Assembly: GCA_964654545.1 (NCBI GenBank)
Contig: CAZZIU010000004.1
Span: 8,156 to 72,155, forward strand
DNA from: an uncultured bacterium
GTDB taxonomy: Bacteria > Fidelibacterota > Marinisomatia > Marinisomatales > JABMOV01
DNA length: 64,000 nt
Direction of reading: 5' to 3'
In this document: piece after piece, positions 7,914 through 18,300 of the stretch
How the letters are laid out: every line of letters begins with the position of its first letter
Numbering within the stretch: the stretch's first letter is position 1
Made by a program: the position numbers and the translations under genes
Notes under the pieces: generated by a model
The model's input: the letters and a program-made list of their open reading frames with translations, nothing else
Told to the model about the DNA's origin: nothing
Databases searched by the model: none

Positions 7914-10001
7914 ATGGCGTTGTTATCATCGAACACAGTAAAAGTAGAAAAGGTTATTAGTGAGATTGAATCCGGTACGGTATTTGTGAATCCGTATGCT
8001 GCTGCAAATGTATTTTTGGCTGAGTTAAAACAAAAAGCAGCCACACAAAGACTTGAAATGGGAAATTTAAAGCCGCCAGATTCGGATGGTGTGATATTAT
8101 ATGATCATACTGATTGGCCCAATTCATTGAATCCTCCGATTAGCACTGCCAACTCTTACAATGCTAATCAACACAGCGAAATACTTCATCTTTTGGATCT
8201 ATATATGAATACCTGCACTTCGTTTGTGTTTCATACAGATGCCAGAAGTGGAGTCAACACTAGCCCAGATTATGTGGTCACGACAAATGGCTCATCGCAG
8301 ACGATGGGTGCAAATTCAACCATTGACGTTATTTCTGGTGTTGCTCTTGGTTATGGTTTGGGTAGAAGTTCTTCCGTTGGCAGCACAAATGCTGAACCTT
8401 CTCTGTTTGAGACATATAATACGTCCAACGTAGACGAGGCACTAAATGTTCGAGATAATTATAAAGAGTCAGACTCTTTTAGTTCTGATATGGGAACAGA
8501 TAATATTATTTCTGCTATGTTTTCTAGTATATCAATTGATGCAAATACTCGGTCTACTTTATTGGCCGGCCCCGCAGCTAATTCAACCACTCATATACCA
8601 TCAGATGCTACAAGTTATTCTGCTAGGTTATCTGTCGCACAAACTGCTGCCTTTGATGCTGGAACTAGTAACACTTGCCGAACTGTTCGGGAGATGGGAG
8701 ATACGATTATTGATGAGTTGTCACGACATACAAATGAAAGGCGCGGCTCTATTGTGGCTGCAAGGTGGCCACTTGATGGCTTTGTTTTAAATCCAGATGG
8801 GCTTGATGCTAATTTGTCTAAGAATATCATTGATTTAAAAAATGCAACTCCATTCAATTTTGGTCCAGTGAAACCTGATTATGCGAATAGCTATACGCTT
8901 TTTGGTCAGACCTATTATACTAGCCCCGATGATCCTAATATTCCTGTAGGTAGTCTTGGGTCGTATCAAATTAATGCACTCGATAATGCTGATCTTCAGC
9001 CAGCAGGTGCATTCAGAAAAACTGGAAATTGTATCGCAACTTTCTTTGCAGATCCGGATGGTGATTCATTGTTTGGATCGGGTGATTTGGCGTTTCCCTC
9101 TATTCCGATCAGGCCTCCACGAGGAACTCTGAGACTTGCTAAACATGATGAAGTGAAAAATTACGAACAGCAAACATGGGCATTTTGGATTCGACCTACT
9201 GGAGCGATTGGTGACCGAACAAGAATTATTTCTCGCCCAGATTGGTGGCAATTGGCCGCAAATGTCGATTTTAGTTCAGCGAGCAGTGATGGCTACTCTC
9301 CTGGTTTTGTTGATGGTGCATATTGGGATTTGATTATTTCTGGTGTTTCTGTTAGTGATTCTAATCCGGATACTCCTGCCGATATGGGAGCGAGCGCCGC
9401 AAATAGAACACTTGTGGGAGAAAACATACTAAAACAGAATGTTTGGAATTTCATTGCAATGACGTTTGATTATCGCACGAGTGGAACTCCAGGAAAAGCA
9501 AAAATTTATGTGTATAATGTTGATGATGGGCATAAGTGTACGAACACATATACATTACCATCACAGACGACTGCAAGTGTAAACAATGCTGGGTACACGG
9601 TTAATGGTGATCGTGATAATAATGATCATATTCCATATAGCAATGGAGCAGTATGTCTCAGTGGTTTTGGGAACAGATTGGCCAACCGTAGAATAATTAA
9701 AGCCATGTATAGTGATGCTCGTTTTTATAGTACAATATTAACTGACCCCGAGGTCGATGAATTGTTTTATTTGTATGGCAGTTTTAGTCAGGAAATTGCC
9801 GCAAATACTACAATGTGGCTTGGATCGTTTAAGTCTGATTATTTGGCATATGATGTTGGTACGCAAAATGAGGTATATAGATGGAATACGATTGCGGCTC
9901 AAGCAAGAAGTTATCTTACTTTGGCCGAAAATAAATCAGTCGCGCCAATAATGAAAATAGTTGGAAGTCCATCATTTCAGGAGACAGCAAATTTGGCATA
10001 A
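7914..10001 (+). CDS. baseplate/fibre-associated protein with LamG/ConA-like lectin domain
   Basis: Blocks EQQTWAFWIRPTG, NVWNFIAMTFDY and YSDARFYSTILTDPEVDELF are typical of the Laminin-G_3 / concanavalin-like fold. The same block set recurs in the 2330-aa protein. Confidence 0.55.
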   Translation: MALLSSNTVKVEKVISEIESGTVFVNPYAAANVFLAELKQKAATQRLEMGNLKPPDSDGVILYDHTDWPNSLNPPISTANSYNANQHSEILHLLDLYMNTCTSFVFHTDARSGVNTSPDYVVTTNGSSQTMGANSTIDVISGVALGYGLGRSSSVGSTNAEPSLFETYNTSNVDEALNVRDNYKESDSFSSDMGTDNIISAMFSSISIDANTRSTLLAGPAANSTTHIPSDATSYSARLSVAQTAAFDAGTSNTCRTVREMGDTIIDELSRHTNERRGSIVAARWPLDGFVLNPDGLDANLSKNIIDLKNATPFNFGPVKPDYANSYTLFGQTYYTSPDDPNIPVGSLGSYQINALDNADLQPAGAFRKTGNCIATFFADPDGDSLFGSGDLAFPSIPIRPPRGTLRLAKHDEVKNYEQQTWAFWIRPTGAIGDRTRIISRPDWWQLAANVDFSSASSDGYSPGFVDGAYWDLIISGVSVSDSNPDTPADMGASAANRTLVGENILKQNVWNFIAMTFDYRTSGTPGKAKIYVYNVDDGHKCTNTYTLPSQTTASVNNAGYTVNGDRDNNDHIPYSNGAVCLSGFGNRLANRRIIKAMYSDARFYSTILTDPEVDELFYLYGSFSQEIAANTTMWLGSFKSDYLAYDVGTQNEVYRWNTIAAQARSYLTLAENKSVAPIMKIVGSPSFQETANLA

Positions 10002-10004
10002 TGT

Positions 10005-10012
10005 TATAAATA
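10005..10012 (+). promoter_or_regulatory. T4-type late promoter TATAAATA
   Basis: Perfect octamer in the intergenic region, 30 nt upstream of the g25 start. gp55 is encoded in this window. Confidence 0.65.
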
Positions 10013-10041
10013 GATATAATGTTTTTTAGGGGATATAGAGT

Positions 10042-10428
10042 ATGCCTTCCGTCGTATTTCGAGATATAGATTTATCGTTTAGAGTACATCCTAATACGAA
10101 TAAATTAGTTGTAAGTGAAGGTGATGTTGCAGTAAAAAGAGCACTACAGTATTTGTTGTTTACTATTAAAGGAGAAAGATTATTCCAACCCGAATTGGGG
10201 AGCAACATAAGAAGATTATTATTTGAAAATATCTCTCCAGCAACCGCAATGGATATTGAATCTGCTGTATCGGAAGCGATTGCAAATTATGAACCAAGAG
10301 TTGAAATGATTAAGATTTTGGTTTCTCCTGATACAGCTCAGAATGGATATACAATACAGCTAACATATCGAATATTGAATCAGAGTATACCACAAACTGT
10401 AACACTATTTCTCGAAAGGCTTAGGTAA
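10042..10428 (+). CDS. g25: baseplate wedge protein gp25 (GPW/gp25 lysozyme-like fold)
   Basis: RDIDLSF ... VSEGDVAVKRALQYLLFTIKGERLFQPELGSNIRRLLFE ... AIANYEPRV is the gp25/GpW family signature. Confidence 0.9.
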   Translation: MPSVVFRDIDLSFRVHPNTNKLVVSEGDVAVKRALQYLLFTIKGERLFQPELGSNIRRLLFENISPATAMDIESAVSEAIANYEPRVEMIKILVSPDTAQNGYTIQLTYRILNQSIPQTVTLFLERLR

Positions 10429-10431
10429 AAG

Positions 10432-12336
10432 ATGGCCACATCAACCACAAATAAGATTGACGTTACCGAGTTAGATTTTGATTTAATTAAAACTTCGTTG
10501 AAATCCTATATGAGAGGTCAATCGGAATTTACTGATTATGATTTCGATTCTTCTGGATTATCCATACTGCTGGATGTTCTTGCTTATAATACTCATTATA
10601 ATGGATTTTATGCAAACATGATCGCAAATGAGATGTTTCTAGACAGTGCAGCATTGAGAAATTCTGTAGTGTCGAGAGCAAAAGAATTGGGTTATGTGCC
10701 AAGATCGCCGACTGGTGCAGTTGCCACTGTGGATATCACTTTTACTATTTTCGAGAGTTCGGTTGCTGATTATCCTGGAGCGATTACGATACCTGCAAAT
10801 CATGTATTTTCGGCAACAATTGAAAATACGGTCTATACTTATTTGGCAACAAAGTCTTATTCGGCTATACCCACTTCCCTTATCACTGCTGCAAGCGTTA
10901 CGTCTGGTGTTGAATATAAAGCGTCAAATGTAATGATTAAAGAAGGAATCAGTTCATCTATTCAGCATATAGTCGGAAATGAGGGTACTGATCAGAAGTA
11001 TCAGATACCAAATGAAGAAGCAGATATGTCTACATTGGAAGTGGTTATTACTGATGCAGTTAGCGGTACTTCGTCTACTGCATGGTCCCGTGTTACAGAT
11101 ACAACAGCAGTTAGTTCCGACGATAATGTTTATTGGTTGCAAGAGGGGTTTGATAATAAGTTTGAAATTTATTTTGGAGATAATCAAGTAGGTAAAAAAC
11201 CAGGACCTGGATCTATTGTTACGATGAACTATACTTTAACTAAAGAAGAGTTGGGCAATGGTGCTACCATATTTGAGTGTGATCCTATACCTCTGGCTAG
11301 TGGCGCCTCGACATATCCTCGCCCTTCTACTAGTGATACTGTGCTGTCAACTACCACAATTAAGGCTGCTGCGGGGGGTGCCTCTAGAGAGTCTATTTCA
11401 TCTATTAAGTTTTTGGCACCTTTGAATTATGAATCACAGGGAAGGTCTGTTACGGTAAATGACTATAGAACTAAATTAACGACTTCATATCCAAACATAG
11501 ATGCGATTCGAGTTTGGGGAGGAGAGGAAAACACACCTCCAGATTATGGTGCGGTGTATATGTCGATTAAACCGAAGAGCGGTTATATATTGAGCGATAC
11601 CGATAAAACAAATATTATATCTGAATTTATTACTCCTAGTAATGTTGTCACTATTCGGCCTGTTTTGATTGATCCTAAATATATTTACATTCAGCCTACA
11701 ATTATTGTGAAATATGACAGTAAATTAACATTACAGACTCCATCAGCTTTAGCGAAGATTGTGTCGTTGACTGTATTAGATTTTGCTCAAAATAATTTAG
11801 AAAATTTTGAGGCATATTTTAAATCTTCTCAATTAAGCAGGCAAATTGATATTTCTTCTCCTGCGATTAGCAATAATTTGATGAGTATTAAAATTAGAGT
11901 AGAGTTTGTTCCGAGCACGACGAATGCTGGTAATTACACAGTAAATTTCTCTAATCCCATATTTCATCCACATACAACACACGAAGGCGCATTAACGAGT
12001 TCGTCTTTTACATATTTCGATAATGCTTTGTGTAAATTGCGAGATTATAATGGAGTTGTGCAAGTAATTTCTTCGACTGGTCAGGTGTTAAATGCGAATG
12101 TCGGCACAGTCGATTATCGGTCGGGTGTTGTTTCTTTAGTTAGCTTTTTGCCTACTGTTAATGCTGGTGAATCGATATCATTGATCGCAACACCAGAACA
12201 CGAAGATATTGTTCCTAATGTCGAGCAACTTATCACAATTCAAGAATCTGAGATTATAGTTTCGATGGTAAACGATTCTTCAATTATACAAGGAACATTG
12301 GCAGATCCAAATTATGGAAATGTTTCTGAATATTAG
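10432..12336 (+). CDS. g6: baseplate wedge protein gp6 (baseplate J-like)
   Basis: LDFDLIKTSLKSYMRGQSEFTDYDFDSSGLSILLDVLAYNTHYNGFYANMIANEMFLDSA is the gp6/J-type N-terminus. The g25-g6 adjacency matches T4. Confidence 0.8.
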   Translation: MATSTTNKIDVTELDFDLIKTSLKSYMRGQSEFTDYDFDSSGLSILLDVLAYNTHYNGFYANMIANEMFLDSAALRNSVVSRAKELGYVPRSPTGAVATVDITFTIFESSVADYPGAITIPANHVFSATIENTVYTYLATKSYSAIPTSLITAASVTSGVEYKASNVMIKEGISSSIQHIVGNEGTDQKYQIPNEEADMSTLEVVITDAVSGTSSTAWSRVTDTTAVSSDDNVYWLQEGFDNKFEIYFGDNQVGKKPGPGSIVTMNYTLTKEELGNGATIFECDPIPLASGASTYPRPSTSDTVLSTTTIKAAAGGASRESISSIKFLAPLNYESQGRSVTVNDYRTKLTTSYPNIDAIRVWGGEENTPPDYGAVYMSIKPKSGYILSDTDKTNIISEFITPSNVVTIRPVLIDPKYIYIQPTIIVKYDSKLTLQTPSALAKIVSLTVLDFAQNNLENFEAYFKSSQLSRQIDISSPAISNNLMSIKIRVEFVPSTTNAGNYTVNFSNPIFHPHTTHEGALTSSSFTYFDNALCKLRDYNGVVQVISSTGQVLNANVGTVDYRSGVVSLVSFLPTVNAGESISLIATPEHEDIVPNVEQLITIQESEIIVSMVNDSSIIQGTLADPNYGNVSEY

Positions 12337-12344
12337 GAATATAG

Positions 12345-15300
12345 ATGAGTTATAAAACAAAAACATCTCCTCTTGTTGCAAGTCAAGTTCCCGATTTTGT
12401 TCGTGGTGACTTTCCTACTTTTATTAAGTTTTTGGAAAGCTATTATGAGTTTTTAGAATTATCAGGTCCACCTATTGCGTTGGATTTGTTGGTCCAGAAT
12501 CCGGGTTATTTGGTAGATAGAAATGGATTTGATATATTAACATATGGAACTCCTTTTCAAGTTGGAGAGTTATTACATCAGTATGCCGATTCGGAAACTG
12601 ATATTCCTACTGGAATAGGAACAGTATATGATTATGTTATTTCTCCTGATGGTAATGTAATCACGCTGATATTGAATAAAATTTCTGGTACTGATAGCCG
12701 ATTTGTGGCAACTCGTTCAACGAACGATAATGCACTATTATATGGGCAGACTAGTGGTGCTATTGCGGTTTGTTCGGAGACAGTATATAAGGCTCCTGCT
12801 GGTGCTATAAACGCGATGAAGAGTCTTTTAGATTATCAGGATATTGATCTTACTCTTGATGATTATTTATCTTTTCTTAAAAAAGAATATGCGGCAAGTT
12901 TTCCTTTAGAGCTGGCCGGAACCGCAGATAAAGTAAAGGCAATTAAAAACCTTAGAGATTTTTATCGTTCTAGAGGAACAGAAAATTCTTTTAAGTTTCT
13001 TTTTAGAATATTTTTTGATGAAGATGTAGAACTGATATATCCAGAGACGAAAATGCTTCGTGCTTCGGGTAGAAGGAGAGATCAATATCCAACGAATTAT
13101 AATCACTGGAATGCTCCTTCTGTACTTAGAATTGATCCTATTGGATTAGTTGGAACAGCCGAAAGTGGTTTGAGCACACAAACGATAGATCCTGCTAAAT
13201 TGCTCAGTAGAAAAGTGTTTGGTTTGGTTAGTGGTGCGACAGCAACAGTAGAATCTGCTATTTCTTCTAGTTTAGCTGGATCTGATTTTATTCAGTTGAC
13301 ATTAAGTGCAGATCGTGTTGGACAATTTTTATATAACGAAACGATAGAAACAGATGATGCTAATAATCCAGCAGATGGTACGAAAATTGCTGCTACGATT
13401 AGTGGTTTGGTCCATAATATTAATATTAATAATGGAGGATCTAATTTTAAAGTTGGTGATCCTGTTACAATTTCTGGTGGTAAAGGCGGTACTGCTAAAG
13501 TTTCTGTTGTTGGTTCTTCTGGAGAAATTAGAGAAGTTGAAATTACACAGCCAGGGATTGGATATACGACCACTCCAGATATTACTGCCCATGGAATACA
13601 CACAAAAGATAGATTTGAAGAAGGTCCAACAGAAACTATTTTCTATGATGACTTTAGTGCATACCGTCCAGTTACTATAAGGCGAAATAATACTCCTGTT
13701 CCTGTAATTCGGGCTTCGACTCGTTTTTATTCTGTTGATGATAATCGAGGACCAGATAGTGCTTTACCTGGTGGATATTCATCAAACACTCAAATTACCA
13801 ATGACACTAATCTTGTTCCTGTGCCTACGTTAGAGCTGAAGGCACATTGGAAAATGAACGGATGGGCAGGTAAAGCAGAAGAGAAAGGTCTTCCTTTGTT
13901 GCTGCGTTCGCAGTATCCTCTTGGATATTATACGGTTCCTGAAGATCTTCGAGTTATTCCTAATGGTCTTACTGGTAGTGCTCTTACTACCGTCAGCAAG
14001 GTCGCGGCCGCTTTTCTTGGAGATGGATCGTATTATCCCAATTCAACTTTTATCCAAGATTCGACTGGTCATGGTCATCATGCTGTAGCTGCTAATTTCA
14101 ACATGAATCAATTGCAAAGATTGCCTGTCGATCGACGAGTGGTGGGCACATCGAATGATTTTGTGTCAGGAATGGCAAATTCAGTTACGACATCAAATAT
14201 ATCACTCAGCATGGTTTCCGTAAGTTCGGCTAATATTGCTAGAGGAGGAACTGGATGGCCTGTAGGTGACTCGCCGACCAGTGGTGCAAATGCTGAATTT
14301 GCATCTGGCTCGATAGGTTTAATGAGTCACGATGAGATTGAAGAAGACGATCAGCAGACTTGGGCGTTTTGGTATAAACCTACAGCAAATATTCAACACA
14401 ATGCTACAATTATTTCTAGGTATGCCTATTTTGATATCAAAGTATGGAATCCTGATCGCTCTGGTTCTTTGTCAGGTGGCTTCACTTCGCCTTATCAGAG
14501 TCTTAATGCTGTTCCTGGGTATTACTGGACTAGTGCCAAATATGCTAATACGACGACGCACGGAAGAAGTATAGGTTTAGCTGATTTGAATATCACTAGC
14601 CGTATGGCTGGAGCCGCCAATGCTGAACCTCGATCGGTAACAACTTTGGAGGCTGCTTTAAGGCAAAATGTTTGGCACTTAATGGCCATTACTGAAGATT
14701 ATAAGAACCATAAAGGATATTTTCGTATACATTATGGTGATGACACTGAACCTGTTTATCGTACATGGGATATTGATGTTTCTGCGAACGCTTCCTTCTC
14801 GAATGGTTATCAGAGTCAAGGCTATTCAAATCCGACTGGTGTGTATGCATATAATGTAGGCAGAACTCTTAATCCGGGTATTGATAGGTATGCCAATACT
14901 CGACCTATGACGGCGAGTGTTCATCTAGCTGGTCTCGGGCAGAGCGGCGATAAGAATGTGCAATACACTCCTTGGGCTATGACCAATTTTTATCAGAGCG
15001 GAGGTGCACCAGGGCTGTATGATGAAGTCTCATATTACAACAGGACATTGGCCAATAATGAGATTGAGGCGCTGTTTAGGAATCCTAATAGGTATCGACC
15101 TATTTCGGGTAAATGGTTTGTTTCTGGTTATTCGGATGTTTCTAATGTAACTTTCACTAGATCCGAAACCGAAGCTGGAAAACAAAAGCTAGTTGCCAAT
15201 ACAGTAAGGCTTTCTTTGATTCATACTGATGATATTGCTTATAGAGATGAAAATACTATCTATAAGATGTCAGTGAGAGCACGGCGCGTTGCTAATTCTC

Positions 15301-18300
15301 CGAACAATCCTCTTGGATATACTAACAGTGTTTCTGTAGTCGCAAACGTACACTTTGGTGTGGTCGGATTGAAATCGACAAACACTGGATCTGCCTATGT
15401 TTCCACTAAAGGTGTAGATCGTTTAACTTATGAGTATGGTGGAGATGCGTCTCATCAATTCGTACATCAATCTGCAAATTTGAGTTCAGATTGGACGATT
15501 GCAAATGCATACTTCCAGGGATCATCTGCCACAGGATCCCACAATGGTCTTCCTGATGGAACGTATTTTGATTATGGTACTCCAGCAAGTCTTCAGACAG
15601 ATGTAGCTTACATGCGACCATACATGATTCTAAACGAAGGTGTGTATGGTGCTAATTCAATTCCATTGTATCCACAATCAAATGGTATTATAGGAATTGG
15701 TGCAACTGGTAATGTTAGTTTTGTTGCAGATAGGAAAATTACAACAGGAACCAGTCCTCTTGGAACGTGGTTCTATGCTTCAATTGGTGTGATTACTGGC
15801 GGTGGTGCTATCTATGATTTGAATGAAAAGTCGTGGCCAATTACAAAAGAGTATTCGTATATTCCTAATGGTTTTGATGCAGATTCAAGTAGATTTACGA
15901 CTACAACAAATGCAACATTTTTGATGTATAGTAGTCAAGATCCGGCAACACGTTTCAGTCTTAGTGGAGCTTGGGCATCCGACCCCCCTGCAACTGAAAA
16001 TTTCTGTATGGTTCAGTGGTGGGAAGATGAACAAACGTGGGTTGCACTTGATGATGATTCAACAGGAACATTCATGCGTTTTATTCCTGATAGAAATCTT
16101 GGTGATTTTCTTGTTGCTCAAGTAGTACGAAATGTTGATCCGGGCCCGGCCGGCGCGAGAGGTTTATGGAATCCTCCTGACGGTGCTTATATTACAACAT
16201 TTTTTAATGCACATAACACCATCGATGTCGATTATGTTAAGATTGAGGCAGCATCAAATGCTGAACTATCTTCTAGTATAGCTGGCGATTTTGCATATGC
16301 AGGAAAACCAGTAGATGATACTGGTCAGCTTAGTTCTACGCAAAAACTACAGGATAGTGATTATTATCAGATATATTCCTATGCAATTGAGTCTGGTTTA
16401 TCATTAGAAACATATAAACAATTGTTATATGATCTTGCCCATCCAGCTGGTACTAAGATGTTTGGTATTGTTAGTGGTATTACCGAATTGGTAGACGGCG
16501 AATCTGTTGGTGATAGTGCTGAAATGTTTTTGTCTGCGAGAAGAACTGGTGAAGTTGATCTTGGTGACATTTCAGATCCAGATGTCATTGATACTATTGT
16601 GTCGTTTTTTGTTGGCACAGATACTATAGGTTCGGCCGACCGATCAACGACGGAACTGGACCATCGTTCGTATCATGATTATGAAGCTGTTATAGGACCT
16701 GATACTCATGCATTGTTCGAGTTTGCGAATACGGATGTCACGCAACCCACTAGTTCGGATCCAATAAGTACCTTTACGTCGTTGCCGAGTGGGCGAGCAA
16801 CTGTGGCAATCTACGGAACATTACCTCCAAGTGGAATATATCCTGGAATTGGTATTGATGTAAATTATCCAACTGCATTTCCTCTTGCAGACGAACCAGC
16901 AAGAACGCATAAGGCTTTGTTAGAAGTTAGGGCTGGCGCGAGCGCGGTCGGGCAAGGTCTGGTCATGACTTCAAATGGTTCTGGATTTGCTTGGGGATCT
17001 AATAGGTCTGTGTTCAGTATCCCCACTTCCCGTTCATCTGTTTTGCTGAGGTATGGTGGAGGAAACACTGACGGTTATAATAATACAGACTATCCTACAT
17101 CTGTATATGATATACAAGCTCCTTTTGATGAAAATAATGAGTTTAGAACAATTTCTCCGCAAATTCCAGGAGACAGAGCAAGATATCTTCAGCTTAAAAT
17201 GCGTGTGTTAACCCAAAATGGATATTCTTCGGTTGGAATTACAGACAATACTGTATTTTTGCAGTTTACTGGTCATGGTCAGGAGTATAATGGAGTTTCA
17301 TTTAATCAGTTAGCGTCTCTTGTTCCTGACTTTACACGAAACTTGGGAATTAATATTCCGACTAAAATATATGATTATAAGCAAACAGAATCAGAGAAGC
17401 CCGATAAAGATTCGCTTGATGGTTTTTGTGGTGATTGGAAAATTGTTGAATTCGATATGTGGTATCCTAGAGTGGTGAATCCTTCTTCTCCAAACCTGTG
17501 GATTGAATTGACTGATCTACCAGAAGATCACTTAATGGCAATGAGAAAAAGACCTCAAAGGCCTGGTCTAGACTTAAATTCAACACAATCTTTTCCGATA
17601 GTTGCATCAGATGTTTCCATTAATTCGGATATGAATAAGACGCAGAATGTAGCCAGCGCATGGAGAGGCGAAACATTCTACAATGATACAACGCAATATC
17701 GTCTAAATGGAATTGGTGAACTTAATATTAGAATATGTAAAGATCGAGATTCGATTCAGTTTGCTGATGGAGCAACACAAGGTGTTGTGGCATATGAAGT
17801 TGATTGGTTGAATGCTTCTTCGACTGAATGGGAAGAGTCTTGGACAAATTCTACATTGAATGATCAAGCTGCGACACCTGAAGCGGCCGGGTCTGATGGA
17901 TTTGTTGCACCATATGTTTTGTACACTGCAAATACATTATCTCTATATCCAGCCGCCCCAGCCGGATTTAATGGTAATGGTATAATCTATACAGTTACTT
18001 CTAATACAACAGGTTCAGATCCTCAACATACTACACATATCGCTGAGTTTGCAAATTCGGAGTTTGTTTACGCTACAGATCCTCCGCCTTCGCTTAATGG
18101 TCCAATTGACATTGAAACTTCTCCTGATGGTACGATATTTGTGATGTATGCAGGTGCATTAGGCCAAATTAGTTCTTTTGTTTACGTTTATGCTTTCCCC
18201 GCATCAAACACTGCTTCTCCTTATTTGGTTCTGAAAGCAGGACGAACTACTACACCGGATGTACTTCCTTGGGCAACTAGTGCATCGGGATTAGTAGGCT

